Under the pieces are notes generated by a model that had not been told where the DNA came from, did no database searches, and saw nothing but the letters and a program-made list of their open reading frames with translations. A stretch of 38,668 nt of DNA from Nemertoderma westbladi. Its lineage: Eukaryota > Animalia > Xenacoelomorpha. Location: contig JAUCBJ010004937.1 in NCBI GenBank assembly GCA_032718475.1, positions 1 through 38,668 of the forward strand, given 5' to 3'. Shown in pieces: positions 14,421 through 28,196 of this stretch; position 1 is the stretch's first letter; each line of letters starts with the position of its first letter. Made by a program: the position numbers and the translations under genes.

Positions 14421-14476
14421 TTGTCTCTCTTCTAAATAATTTTATGTTTCAAATTGAAATATTTCTTTTATTTTAG

Positions 14477-14624
14477 AAATTGCTGCCAGCAGTTTATCAG
14501 TGGATCAGACTACGGGATATACATACTTCGCAGTGAACCGGTGGGGCCAGGAGGATGGGAGGTCTGTTTGGCGAACCTCAAGGGGGGGCCAGGGGTTGGA
14601 ACGAGTTGTATCCATTAATGACAT
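14477..14624 (+). CDS. LRP2: LRP2/megalin-like exon, YWTD-type blade (EIAASSLSVDQTTGYTYFAVNRWGQEDGRSVWRTSRGGQGLERVVSINDM)
   Basis: TTTTAG acceptor and GTTAGT donor. Open frame. Phase-2 end AT joins G at 27668 (Met). Not in the ORF track. Confidence 0.85.
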
Positions 14625-17600
14625 GTTAGTTAATTAAGTTATATCCATTAATGACATGTTAGTTAATTAAGTTGTATCCATTAAAGACATGTTAGTTAAT
14701 TAAATTGAATTCGTTAATGACATGTAAGTTAATTAAGTTGTATCACATGTTAGTTAATTAAGTTGTATCCATTAATTACATGTTAGTTAATTAAATTGTA
14801 TCCATTAATGACATGTAAGTTAATTAAGTTGTATCCATTAATGACATGTTAGTTAATTAAGTTGTATCCATTAATGACATGTTAGTTAATTAAGTTGTAT
14901 CCATTAATTACATGTTAGTTAATTAAGTTGTATCCATTAATGACATGTACGTTAATTAAGTTGTATCCATTAATGACATGTTAGTTAATTAAGTTGTATC
15001 CATTAATGACATATTATGTTAGTTAATTAAGTTATATCCATTAATGACATGTTAGTTAATTAAGTTATATCCATTAATGACATGTTAGTTAATTGAGTTG
15101 TATCCATTAATGACATGTTAGTTAATTAAGTTGTATCCATTAATGACATATTATGTTAGTTAATTAAGTTATATCCATTAATGACTTGTTAGTTAATTAA
15201 GTTATATCCATTAATGACATGTTAGTTAATTAAGTTGTATCCATTAATGACATATTATGTTAGTTAATTAAGTTATATCCATTAATGACATGTTAGTTAA
15301 TTAAGTTGTATCCATTAATGACATGTTAGTTAATTAAGTTATATCCATTAATGACATGTTAGTTAATTAAGTTATATCCATTAATGACATGTTAGTTAAT
15401 TGAGTTGTATCCATTAATGACATGTTAGTTAATTAAATTGAATTCGTTAATGACATGTACGTTAATTAAGTTGTATCCATTAATGACATGTTAGTTAATT
15501 AAGTTGTATCCATTAATGACATGTTAGTTAATTGAGTTGTATCCATTAATGACATGTTAGTTAATTAAATTGAATTCGTTAATGACATGTACGTTAATTA
15601 AGTTGTATCCATTAATGACATGTTAGTTAATTGAGTTGTATCCATTAATGACATGTTAGTTAATTAAATTGAATTCGTTAATGACATGTACGTTAATTAA
15701 GTTGTATCCATTAATGACATGTTAGTTAATTAAATTGAATTCGTTAATGACATGTACGTTAATTAAGTTGTATCCATTAATGACATGTTAGTTAATTAAG
15801 TTGTATCCATTAATGACATGTTAGTTAATTGAGTTGTATCCATTAATGACATGTTAGTTAATTAAATTGAATTCGTTAATGACATGTTAGTTAATTAAGT
15901 TATATCCATTAATGACATGTTAGTTAATTGAGTTGTATCCATTAATGACATGTTAGTTAATTAAATTGAATTCGTTAATGACATGTACGTTAATTAAGTT
16001 GTATCCATTAATGACATGTTAGTTAATTAAGTTATATCCATTAATGACATGTTAGTTAATTGAGTTGTATCCATTAATGACATGTTAGTTAATTAAGTTA
16101 TATCCATTAATGACATGTTAGTTAATTAAGTTATATCCATTAATGACATGTTAGTTAATTGAGTTGTATCCATTAATGACATGTTAGTTAATTAAGTTGT
16201 ATCCATTAATGACATATTATGTTAGTTAATTAAGTTATATCCATTAATGACATGTTAGTTAATTAAGTTATATCCATTAATGACATGTTAGTTAATTAAG
16301 TTGTATCCATTAATGACATATTATGTTAGTTAATTAAGTTATATCCATTAATGACATGTTAGTTAATTAAGTTGTATCCATTAATGACATGTTAGTTAAT
16401 TAAGTTGTATCCATTAATGATATGTTAGTTAATTAAGTTGTATCCATTAATGACATGTTAGTTAATTAAGTTGTATCCATTAATGACATGTTAGTTAATT
16501 AAGTTGTATCCATTAATGACATATTATGTTAGTTAATTAAGTTATATCCATTAATGACATGTTAGTTAATTAAGTTGTATCCATTAATGACATGTTAGTT
16601 AATTAAGTTGTATCCATTAATGACATGTTAGTTAATTAAGTTGTATCCATTAATGAAATGTTAGTTAATTAAGTTGTATCCATTAATGACATGTTAGTTA
16701 ATTAAGTTGTATCCATTAATGACATGTTAGTTAATTAAATTGAATTCGTTAATGACATGTTAGTTAATTAAGTTGTATCCATTAATTATATGTTAGTTAA
16801 TTAAGTTGTATCCATTAATGACATGTTAGTTAATTAAGTTGTATCCATTAATGACATGTTAGTTGATTAAGTTGTATCCATTAATGACATATGTTAGTTA
16901 ATTAAGTTGTATCCATTAATGACATGTTAGTTAATTAAGTTGTATCCATTAATGACATGTTAGTTAATTAAGTTGTATCCATTAATGACATATTATGTTA
17001 GTTAATTAAGTTATATCCATTAATGACATGTTAGTTAATTAAGTTATATCCATTAATGACATGTTAGTTAATTGAGTTGTATCCATTAATGACATGTTAG
17101 TTAATTAAATTGAATTCGTTAATGACATGTACGTTAATTAAGTTGTATCCATTAATGACATGTTAGTTAATTAAGTTGTATCCATTAATGACATGTTAGT
17201 TAATTAAGTTGTATCCATTAATGAAATGTTAGTTAATTAAGTTGTATCCATTAATGACATGTTAGTTAATTAAGTTGTATCCATTAATGACATGTTAGTT
17301 AATTAAATTGAATTCGTTAATGACATGTTAGTTAATTAAGTTGTATCCATTAATGACATGTTAGTTAATTAAATTGAATTCGTTAATGACATGTTAGTTA
17401 ATTAAGTTGTATCCATTAATTATATGTTAGTTAATTAAGTTGTATCCATTAATGACATGTTAGTTAATTAAGTTGTATCCATTAATGACATGTTAGTTGA
17501 TTAAGTTGTATCCATTAATGACATATGTTAGTTAATTAAGTTGTATCCATTAATGACATGTTAGTTGATTAAGTTGTATCCATTAATGACATATGTTAGT

Positions 17601-20600
17601 TAATTAAGTTGTATCCATTAATGACATGTTAGTTAATTACGTTGTATCCATTAATGACATGTTAGTTAATTAAGTTGTATCCATTAATGACATATTATGT
17701 TAGTTAATTAAGTTATATCCATTAATGACATGTTAGTTAATTAAGTTATATCCATTAATGACATGTTAGTTAATTGAGTTGTATCCATTAATGACATGTT
17801 AGTTAATTAAATTGAATTCGTTAATGACATGTACGTTAATTAAGTTGTATCCATTAATGACATGTTAGTTAATTAAGTTGTATCCATTAATGACATGTTA
17901 GTTAATTAAGTTGTATCCATTAATGAAATGTTAGTTAATTAAGTTGTATCCATTAATGACATGTTAGTTAATTAAGTTGTATCCATTAATGACATGTTAG
18001 TTAATTAAATTGAATTCGTTAATGACATGTTAGTTAATTAAGTTGTATCCATTAATTATATGTTAGTTAATTAAGTTGTATCCATTAATGACATGTTAGT
18101 TAATTAAGTTGTATCCATTAATGACATGTTAGTTGATTAAGTTGTATCCATTAATGACATATGTTAGTTAATTAAGTTGTATCCATTAATGAAATGTTAG
18201 TTAATTAAGTTGTATCCATTAATGACATGTTAGTTAATTAAGTTGTATCCATTAATGACATGTTAGTTAATTAAGTTGTATCCATTAATGACATGTTAGT
18301 TGATTAAGTTATATCCATTAATGACATGTTAGTTAATTAAGCTGTATCCATTAATGACATATGTTAGTTAATTAAGTTGTATCCATTAATGAAATGTTAG
18401 TTAATTAAGTTGTATCCATTAATGATATGTTAGTTAATTAAGTTGTATCCATTAATGACATGTTAGTTGATTAAGTTGTATCCATTAATGACATGTTAGT
18501 TAATTAAGTTGTATCCATTAATGACATGTTAGTTAATTAAGTTGTATCTATTAATGACATGTTAGTTGATTAAGTTGTATCCATTAATGACATGTTAGTT
18601 AATTAAGTTGTATCCATTAATGACATGTTAGTTAATTAAGTTGTATCCATTAATGACATGTTAGTTAATTAAGTTGTATCCATTAATGACATGTACGTTA
18701 ATTAAGTTGTATCCATTAATGACATGTTAGTTAATTAAGTTGTATCCATTAATGACATGTTAGTTAATTAAGTTGTATCCATTAATGATAGTTAATTAAG
18801 TTGTGTCCATTAATGACATGTTAGTTAATTAAGTTGTATCCATTAATGACATGTTAGTTGATTAAGTTATATCCATTAATGACATGTTAGTTAATTAAGT
18901 TGTATCCATTAATGACATGTTAGTTGATTAAGTTATATCCATTAATGACATGTTAGTTAATTAAGTTGTATCCATTAATGACATGTTAGTTAATTAAGTT
19001 GTATCCATTAATGACATGTTAGTTGATTAAGTTGTATCCATTAATGACATGTTAGTTAATTAAGTTGTATCCATTAATGACATGTTAGTTAATTAAGTTG
19101 TATCCATTAATGACATGTACGTTAATTAAGTTGTATCCATTAATGACATGTTAGTTAATTAAGTTGTATCCATTAATGACATGTTAGTTAATTAAGTTGT
19201 ATCCATTAATGACATGTTAGTTAATTAAGTTGTATCCATTAATTACATGTTAGTTAATTAAGTTGTATCCATTAATGACATGTTAGTTGATTAAGTTGTA
19301 TCCATTAATGACATGTTAGTTAATTAAGTTGTATCCATTAATGACATGTTAGTTAATTAAGTTGTATCCATTAATGACATGTTAGTTAATTAAATTGAAT
19401 TCGTTAATGACATGTTAGTTAATTAAGTTGTATCCATTAATGACATGTTAGTTAATTAAGTTGTATCCATTAATTACATGTTAGTTAATTAAGTTGTATC
19501 CATTAATGACATGTTAGTTAATTAAGTTGTATCCATTAATGACATGTTAGTTAATTAAGTTGTATCCATTAATGACATGTTAGTTAATTAAGTTGTATCC
19601 ATTAATGACATGTTAGTTAATTAAGTTGTATCCATTAATGATATGTTAGTTAATTAAGTTGAATTCGTTAATGACATGTACGTTAATTAAGTTGTATCCA
19701 TTAATGACATGTTAGTTAATTAAGTTGTATCCATTAATGACATGTTAGTTAATTAAGTTGTATCCATTAATGACATGTTAGTTCATTAAGTTGTATCCAT
19801 TAATGACATGTTAGTTAATTAAATTGAATTCGTTAATGACATGTTAGTTAATTAAGTTGTATCCGATAATGACATGTTAGTTAATTAAGTTGTATCCATT
19901 AATGACATGTTAGTTAATTAAATTGAATTCGTTAATGACATGTTAGTTAATTAAGTTGTATCCATTAATGACATGTTAGTTAATTAAATTGAATTCGTTA
20001 ATGACATGTTAGTTAATTAAGTTGTATCCATTAATGACATGTTAGTTAATTAAGTTGTATCCGATAATGACATGTTAGTTAATTAAGTTGTATCCATTAA
20101 TGACATGTTAGTTAATTAAGTTGTATCCATTAATGACATGTTAGTTAATTAAGTTGTATTCATTAATGACATGTTAGTTAATTAAGTTGTATCCATTAAT
20201 GACATGTTAGTTAATTAAGTTGTATCCATTTAATGACATGTTAGTTAATTAAGTTGTATCCATTAATTACATGTTAGTTAATTAAGTTATATCCATTAAT
20301 GACATGTACGTTAATTAAGTTGTATCCATTAATGACATGTTAGTTAATTAAGTTGTATCCATTAATGACATGTTAGTTAATTAAGTTGTATCCATTAATT
20401 ATATGTTAGTTAATTAAATTGTATCCATTAATGACATGTTAGTTAATTAAGTTGTATCCATTAATGACATGTTAGTTAATTAAGTTGTATCCATTAATGA
20501 CATGTTAGTTAATTAAGTTGTATCCATTAATGACATGTACGTTAATTAAGTTGTATCCATTAATGACATGTTAGTTAATTAAGTTGTATCCATTAATGAC

Positions 20601-23600
20601 ATGTTAGTTAATTAAGTTGTATCCATTAATGATATGTTAGTTAATTAAGTTGAATTCGTTAATGACATGTACGTTAATTAAGTTGTATCCATTAATGACA
20701 TGTTAGTTAATTAAGTTGTATCCATTAATGACATGTTAGTTAATTAAGTTGTATCCATTAATGACATGTTAGTTAATTAAGTTGTATCCATTAATGACAT
20801 GTTAGTTAATTAAATTGAATTCGTTAATGACATGTTAGTTAATTAAGTTGTATCCGATAATGACATGTTAGTTAATTAAGTTGTATCCATTAATGACATG
20901 TAAGTTAATTAAATTGAATTCGTTAATGACATGTTAGTTAATTAAGTTGTATCCATTAATGACATGTTAGTTAATTAAATTGAATTCGTTAATGACATGT
21001 TACTTAATTAAGTTGTATCCATTAATGACATGTTAGTTAATTAAGTTGTATCCGATAATGACATGTTAGTTAATTAAGTTGTATCCATTAATGACATGTT
21101 AGTTAATTAAGTTGTATCCATTAATGACATGTTAGTTAATTAAGTTGTATCCATTAATGACATGTTAGTTAATTAAGTTGTATCCATTAATGCCATGTTA
21201 GTTAATTAAGTTGTATCCATTAATGACATGTACGTTAATTAAGTTGTATCCATTAATGACATGTTAGTTAATTAAGTTGTATCCATTAATGACATGTACG
21301 TTAATTAAGTTGTATCCATTAATGACATGTTAGTTAATTAAGTTGTATCCATTAATGACATGTACGTTAATTAAGTTGTATCCATTAATGACATGTTAGT
21401 TAATTAAGTTGTATCCATTAATGACATGTTAGTTAATTAAGTTGTATCCATTAATGACATGTACGTTAATTAAGTTGTATCCATTAATGACATGTTAGTT
21501 AATTAAGTTGTATCCATTAATGACATGTTAGTTAATTAAGTTGTATCCATTAATGACATGTTAGTTAATTAAGTTGTATCCATTAATGACATGTTAGTTA
21601 ATTAAGTTGTATCCATTAATGACATGTTAGTTAATTAAGTTGTATCCATTAATGACATGTTAGTTAATTAAGTTGTATCCATTAATGACATGTTAGTTAA
21701 TTAAGTTGTATCCATTAATGACATGTTAGTTAATTAAGTTATATCCATTAATGACATGTTAGTTAATTAAGTTGTATCCATTAATGACATGTTAGTTAAT
21801 TAAGTTGTATCCATTAATGACATGTTAGTTAATTAAGTTGTATCCATTAATGACATGTACGTTAATTAAGTTGTATCCATTAATGACATGTTAGTTAATT
21901 AAGTTGTATCCATTAATGACATGTTAGTTAATTAAGTTGTATCCATTAATGACATGTTAGTTAATTAAGTTGTATCCATTAATGACATGTTAGTTAATTA
22001 AGTTGTATCCATTAATGACATGTTAGTTAATTAAGTTGTATCCATTAATGACATGTTAGTTAATTAAGTTGTATCCATTAATGACATGTACGTTAATTAA
22101 GTTGTATCCATTAATGACATGTTAGTTAATTAAGTTGTATCCATTAATGACATGTTAGTTGATTAAGTTGTATCCATTAATTATATGTTAGTTAATTAAG
22201 TTGTATCCATTAATGACATGTTAGTTAATTAAGTTGTATCCATTAATGACATGTTAGTTAATTAAGTTGTATCCATTAATGACATGTTAGTTAATTAAGT
22301 TGTATCCATTAATGACATGTACGTTAATTAAGTTGTATCCATTAATGACATGTTAGTTGATTAAGTTGTATCCATTAATGACATTTAGTTAATTAAGTTG
22401 TATCCATTAATTATATGTTAGTTAATTAAGTTGTATCCATTAATGACATGTTAGTTAATTAAGTTGTATCCATTAATGACATGTTAGTTAATTAAATTGA
22501 ATTCGTTAATGACATGTACGTTAATTAAGTTGTATCCATTAATGACATGTTAGTTAATTAAGTTGTATCCATTAATGACATGTTAGTTAATTAAGTTGTA
22601 TCCATTAATGACATGTTAGTTAATTAAATTGAATTCGTTAATGACATGTACGTTAATTAAGTTGTATCCATTAATGACATGTTAGTTAATTAAGTTGTAT
22701 CCATTAATGACATGTTAGTTAATTAAGTTGTATCCATTAATGACATGTACGTTAATTAAGTTGTATCCATTAATGACATGTTAGTTAATTAAGTTGTATC
22801 CATTAATGAAATGTTAGTTAATTAAGTTGTATCCATTAATGACATGTTAGTTAATTAAGTTGTATCCATTAATGACATGTTAGTTAATTAAGTTGTATCC
22901 TTTAATGACATGTTAGTTGATTAAGTTGTATCCATTAATGACATGTTAGTTAATTAAGTTGTATCCATTAATGACATGTTATTTAATTAAGTTGTATCCA
23001 TTAATGACATGTTAGTTAATTAAGTTGTATCCATTAATTATATGTTAGTTAATTAAGTTGTATCCATTAATGATATGTTAGTTAATTAAATTGAATTCGT
23101 TAATGACATGTACGTTAATTAAGTTGTATCCATTAATGACATGTTAGTTAATTAAGTTGTATCCATTAATGACATGTTAGTTAATTAAGTTGTATCCATT
23201 AATGACATGTTAGTTAATTAAGTTGTATCCATTAATGACATGTTAGTTAATTAAGTTGTATCCATTAATGACATGTACGTTAATTAAGTTGTATCCATTA
23301 ATGACATGTTAGTTAATTAAGTTGTATCCATTAATGACATGTTAGTTAATTAAGTTGTATCCATTAATGACATGTTAGTTAATTAAGTTGTATCCATTAA
23401 TGACATGTACGTTAATTAAGTTGTATCCATTAATGACATGTTAGTTGATTAAGTTGTATCCATTAATGACATTTAGTTAATTAAGTTGTATCCATTAATT
23501 ATATGTTAGTTAATTAAGTTGTATCCATTAATGACATGTTAGTTAATTAAGTTGTATCCATTAATGACATGTTAGTTAATTAAATTGAATTCGTTAATGA

Positions 23601-26600
23601 CATGTACGTTAATTAAGTTGTATCCATTAATGACATGTTAGTTAATTAAGTTGTATCCATTAATGACATGTTAGTTAATTAAGTTGTATCCATTAATGAC
23701 ATGTTAGTTAATTAAGTTGTATCCATTAATGACATGTTAGTTAATTAAGTTGTATCCATTAATGACATGTTAGTTAATTAAATTGAATTCGTTAATGACA
23801 TGTACGTTAATTAAGTTGTATCCATTAATGACATGTTAGTTAATTAAATTGAATTCGTTAATGACATGTACGTTAATTAAGTTGTATCCATTAATGACAT
23901 GTTAGTTAATTAAGTTGTATCCATTAATGACATGTTAGTTAATTAAGTTGTATCCATTAATGACATGTTAGTTAATTAAATTGAATTCGTTAATGACATG
24001 TACGTTAATTAAGTTGTATCCATTAATGACATGTTAGTTAATTAAGTTGTATCCATTAATGACATGTTAGTTAATTAAGTTGTATCCATTAATGACATGT
24101 ACGTTAATTAAGTTGTATCCATTAATGACATGTTAGTTAATTAAGTTGTATCCATTAATGAAATGTTAGTTAATTAAGTTGTATCCATTAATGACATGTT
24201 AGTTAATTAAGTTGTATCCATTAATGACATGTTAGTTAATTAAGTTGTATCCTTTAATGACATGTTAGTTGATTAAGTTGTATCCATTAATGACATGTTA
24301 GTTAATTAAGTTGAATTCGTTAATGACATGTACGTTAATTAAGTTGTATCCATTAATGATATGTTAGTTAATTAAATTGAATTCGTTAATGACATGTACG
24401 TTAATTAAGTTGTATCCATTAATGACATGTTAGTTAATTAAGTTGTATCCATTAATGACATGTTAGTTAATTAAGTTGTATCCATTAATGACATGTTAGT
24501 TAATTAAGTTGTATCCATTAATGACATGTTAGTTAATTAAGTTGTATCCATTAATTACATGTTAGTTAATTAAGTTGTATCCATTAATGACATGTTAGTT
24601 AATTAAGTTGTATCCATTAATGACATGTTAGTTAATTAAGTTGTATCCATTAATGACATGTTAGTTAATTAAATTGTATCCATTAATGACATGTTAGTTA
24701 ATTAAGTTGTATCCATTAATGACATGTTAGTTAATTAAGTTGTATCCATTAATGACATGTTAGTTAATTAAATTGAATTCGTTAATGACATGTACGTTAA
24801 TTAAGTTGTATCCATTAATGACATGTTAGTTAATTAAGTTGTATCCATTAATGACATGTTAGTTAATTAAGTTGTATCCATTAATGACATGTTAGTTAAT
24901 TAAGTTGTATCCATTAATGACATGTTAGTTAATTAAGTTGTATCCATTAATGACATGTTAGTTAATTAAGTTGTATCCATTAATTACATGTTAGTTAATT
25001 AAGTTGTATCCATTAATGACATGTTAGTTAATTAAATTGTATCCATTAATGACATGTTAGTTAATTAAGTTATATCCATTAATGACATGTTAGTTAATTA
25101 AGTTGTATCCATTAATGACATGTTAGTTAATTAAGTTGTATCCATTAATGACATGTTAGTTAATTAAGTTGTATCCATTAATGACATGTTAGTTAATTAA
25201 ATTGTATCCATTAATGACATGTTAGTTAATTAAGTTGTATCCATTAATGACATGTTAGTTAATTAAGTTGTATCCATTAATGACATGTTAGTTAATTAAA
25301 TTGAATTCGTTAATGACATGTACGTTAATTAAGTTGTATCCATTAATGACATGTTAGTTAATTAAGTTGTATCCATTAATGACATGTTAGTTAATTAAGT
25401 TGTATCCATTAATGACATGTTAGTTAATTAAGTTGTATCCATTAATGACATGTTAGTTAATTAAGTTGTATCCATTAATGACATGTTAGTTAATTAAGTT
25501 GTATCCATTAATTACATGTTAGTTAATTAAGTTGTATCCATTAATGACATATGTTAGTTAAATAAGTTGTATCCATTAATGACATATGTTAGTTAAATAA
25601 GTTGTATCCATTAATGACATGTTAGTTAATTAAATTGTATCCATTAATAACATGTTAGTTAATTAAGTTGTATCCATTAATGACATGTTAGTTAATTAAG
25701 TTGTATCCATTAATGACATGTTAGTTAATTAAATTGAATTCGTTAATGACATGTACGTTAATTAAGTTGTATCCATTAATGACATGTTAGTTAATTAAGT
25801 TGTATCCATTAATGACATGTTAGTTAATTAAGTTGTATCCATTAATTACATGTTAGTTAATTGAGTTGTATCCATTAATGACATGTACGTTAATTAAGTT
25901 GTATCCATTAATGACATGTTAGTTAATTAAGTTGTATCCATTAATGACATGTTAGTTAATTAAGTTGTATCCATTAATGACATGTTAGTTAATTAAGTTG
26001 TATCCATTAATGACATGTTAGTTAATTAAGTTGTATCCATTAATTACATGTTAGTTAATTAAGTTGTATCCATTAATGACATGTTAGTTAATTAAATTGT
26101 ATCCATTAATGACATGTTAGTTAATTAAGTTGTATCCATTAATGACATGTTAGTTAATTAAGTTGTATCCATTAATGACATGTTAGTTAATTAAGTTGTA
26201 TCCATTAATGACATGTTAGTTAATTAAGTTGTATCCATTAATGACATGTTAGTTAATTAAGTTGTATCCATTAATGACATGTTAGTTAATTAAGTTGTAT
26301 TCATTAATTACATGTTAGTTAATTAAGTTGTATCCATTAATGACATGTTAGTTAATTAAATTGTATCCATTAATAACATGTTAGTTAATTAAGTTGTATC
26401 CATTAATGACATGTTAGTTAATTAAGTTGTATCCATTAATGACATGTTAGTTAATTAAATTGAATTCGTTAATGACATGTACGTTAATTAAGTTGTATCC
26501 ATTAATGACATGTTAGTTAATTAAGTTGTATCCATTAATGACATGTTAGTTAATTAAGTTGTATCCATTAATTACATGTTAGTTAATTGAGTTGTATCCA

Positions 26601-26928
26601 TTAATGACATGTACGTTAATTAAGTTGTATCCATTAATGACATGTTAGTTAATTAAGTTGTATCCATTAATGACATGTTAGTTAATTAAGTTGTATCCAT
26701 TAATTACATGTTAGTTAATTAAGTTGTATCCATTAATGACATGTTAGTTAATTAAATTGTATCCATTAATGACATGTTAGTTAATTAAGTTGTATCCATT
26801 AATGACATGTTAGTTAATTAAGTTGTATCCATTAATGACATGTTAGTTAATTAAGTTGTATCCATTAATGACATGTTAGTTAATTAAGTTGTATCCATTA
26901 ATGACATGTTAGTTAATTAAGTTGTATC
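14605..26928 (+). repeat. Intronic minisatellite 2: 33-bp AT-rich unit GTTGTATCCATTAATGACATGTTAGTTAATTAA, about 370 copies
   Basis: Unit read directly. The first copy overlaps the last 20 nt of the 14477-14624 exon. Recurrent variants include ATTGAATTCGTTAATG, CATGTACG, CATATTATG and CCGATAAT. Confidence 0.98.
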
Positions 26929-26979
26929 ATCTATGCATTGATATAATTTTGGTTGGACACACCTTTGCAAAGTCGGCAA

Positions 26980-27060
26980 TGACGTCCAGGTGGGATCGAA
27001 CTGGGTGACCTCTAAGTTGGAAGTTTGACGTATCAATTAATGATCGATTATTTAGCTTCT
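26980..27060 (-). pseudogene. Degenerate tRNA-like fragment or tRNA-derived SINE head
   Basis: The minus strand reads ...CTTCCAA...AGGTCACCCAGTTCGATCCCACCTGGACGTCA, with a B-box/T-loop-like GTTCGATCC and an anticodon-loop-like CTTCCAA. The stems pair poorly. Confidence 0.35.
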
Positions 27061-27156
27061 ATAAATAATATACTGATCGGCAAAGTGGTAGAAAAAATGT
27101 TTTTGTTAAGCCAGCTTAGCATCTCAATGTGCAGCTTCAACGCCGCAGGCCGATTA

Positions 27157-27180
27157 TAGTAGTAGTAGTAGTAGTAGTAG
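27157..27180. repeat. (TAG)8 microsatellite
   Basis: Read directly. Confidence 0.9.
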
Positions 27181-27667
27181 AGCGACAAAGTTCCGGCACC
27201 CCAACTCTATCACCCATCATACGAGATGTATTCCTATATTCAAGGCCATAAAGGTCATCAGGAAAGAAAGGGGCTCAAGGAATTGTTATCTACTCTACCC
27301 CTCACTCCTGTAAGGTGTAAGATAGACAGCCGATCAGGAGATAACTGACCGGATAGGCTGTCTGTGGGGTGGGGCCATTTGTGTACGGTTATTGCACTGA
27401 CCCCAGTGCCAGTGGACGTACCTCGCCTATACCCCACCACCAATGGGGATACAATAAGAAAACCATAACAACAGATCTGATGATGCATAGCCTTTGTAAG
27501 AGGGTCTATGCAGCCACAGCTGCGCTGCATGAGGGTGTCATGATTTCGGGATCAATGTCCCAGCAGACCTTACCTGACCCTATTTATCTTAGCTTAGGTA
27601 GGTAGTGTAGTGTATATTTGTCATTCTACAGTATATCCTATCTGAAACATAATTTATTATATTCTAG

Positions 27668-27850
27668 GTCTGTTATAACTCACACAGCAATGGATCCGGT
27701 GGCTAACAATCTATACTACCTCCGTGACGATGGATACAATATCAACCTCGAAGTCTCTCATTTACCTAGTCGACCACGTCATAGACTTATTCTACTAACT
27801 ATCGCTAGAGTAGAACAACCAGGCTGCCTTACCATAGACTACATACGAAG
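27668..27850 (+). CDS. LRP2: LRP2-like exon, YWTD propeller (SVITHTAMDPVANNLYYL...QPGCLTIDYIRR)
   Basis: TTCTAG acceptor and AG|GTTTGT donor. Phase 2/2 fits both neighbours. AMDPVANNLYY matches the 'AVDWVAGNLYF' type motif. Confidence 0.88.
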
Positions 27851-27970
27851 GTTTGTTAGGAATTGTCTACTTATTCTACAGTACTAACTATCGCTATAGT
27901 GTAGAACATTAAGGTTTGTTATGAATTGTCTTCTTATTCTATTAACTATCGCTAGAGTAGAACACCCAGG
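27786..27970 (+). repeat. Degenerate 2-3-copy duplication of exon 3' sequence and donor
   Basis: Exonic CTTATTCTACTAACTATCGCTAGAGTAGAACAACCAGG recurs at about 27870-27908 (degenerate) and about 27933-27970. The junction AAGGTTTGTTAGGAATTGTCT recurs at about 27911-27931. Confidence 0.85.
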
Positions 27971-28196
27971 TACGAACCAACTCACTCGTACATGAATTTT
28001 CTACTATTCTACATTCGGAAATGTGTGAACGCCAATAACTCCTTTAAGTAGCACAAGTGCAACTGATAGTTTACTATTACAAAAAAAATTAAAACATTGT
28101 AGGAATAATCTGATTTTGAACTCGGGACATAAACATTTTGCATATTTTTTACATATGCGGCAATATATTTATTTTATAATGTTTATTTTCTTCTAG

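Noticed and set aside
1-14476. The many ORFs in array 1 (YGVWVSSSRITGV, THTPYKGTPVILDDE, CPYTVCGSRHPG repeats)
   Set aside because: By-products of a 45-bp unit (a multiple of 3). They occur in several frames on both strands and are broken by each 65-bp unit.
27477-27578. Possible C/D-box snoRNA (TGATGA ... CTGA)
   Set aside because: No terminal stem and no recognisable rRNA guide sequence.
27258-27605. ORFs 27258..27530 (-) and 27369..27605 (+)
   Set aside because: No recognisable motifs, and the flanking exons join in phase without them.
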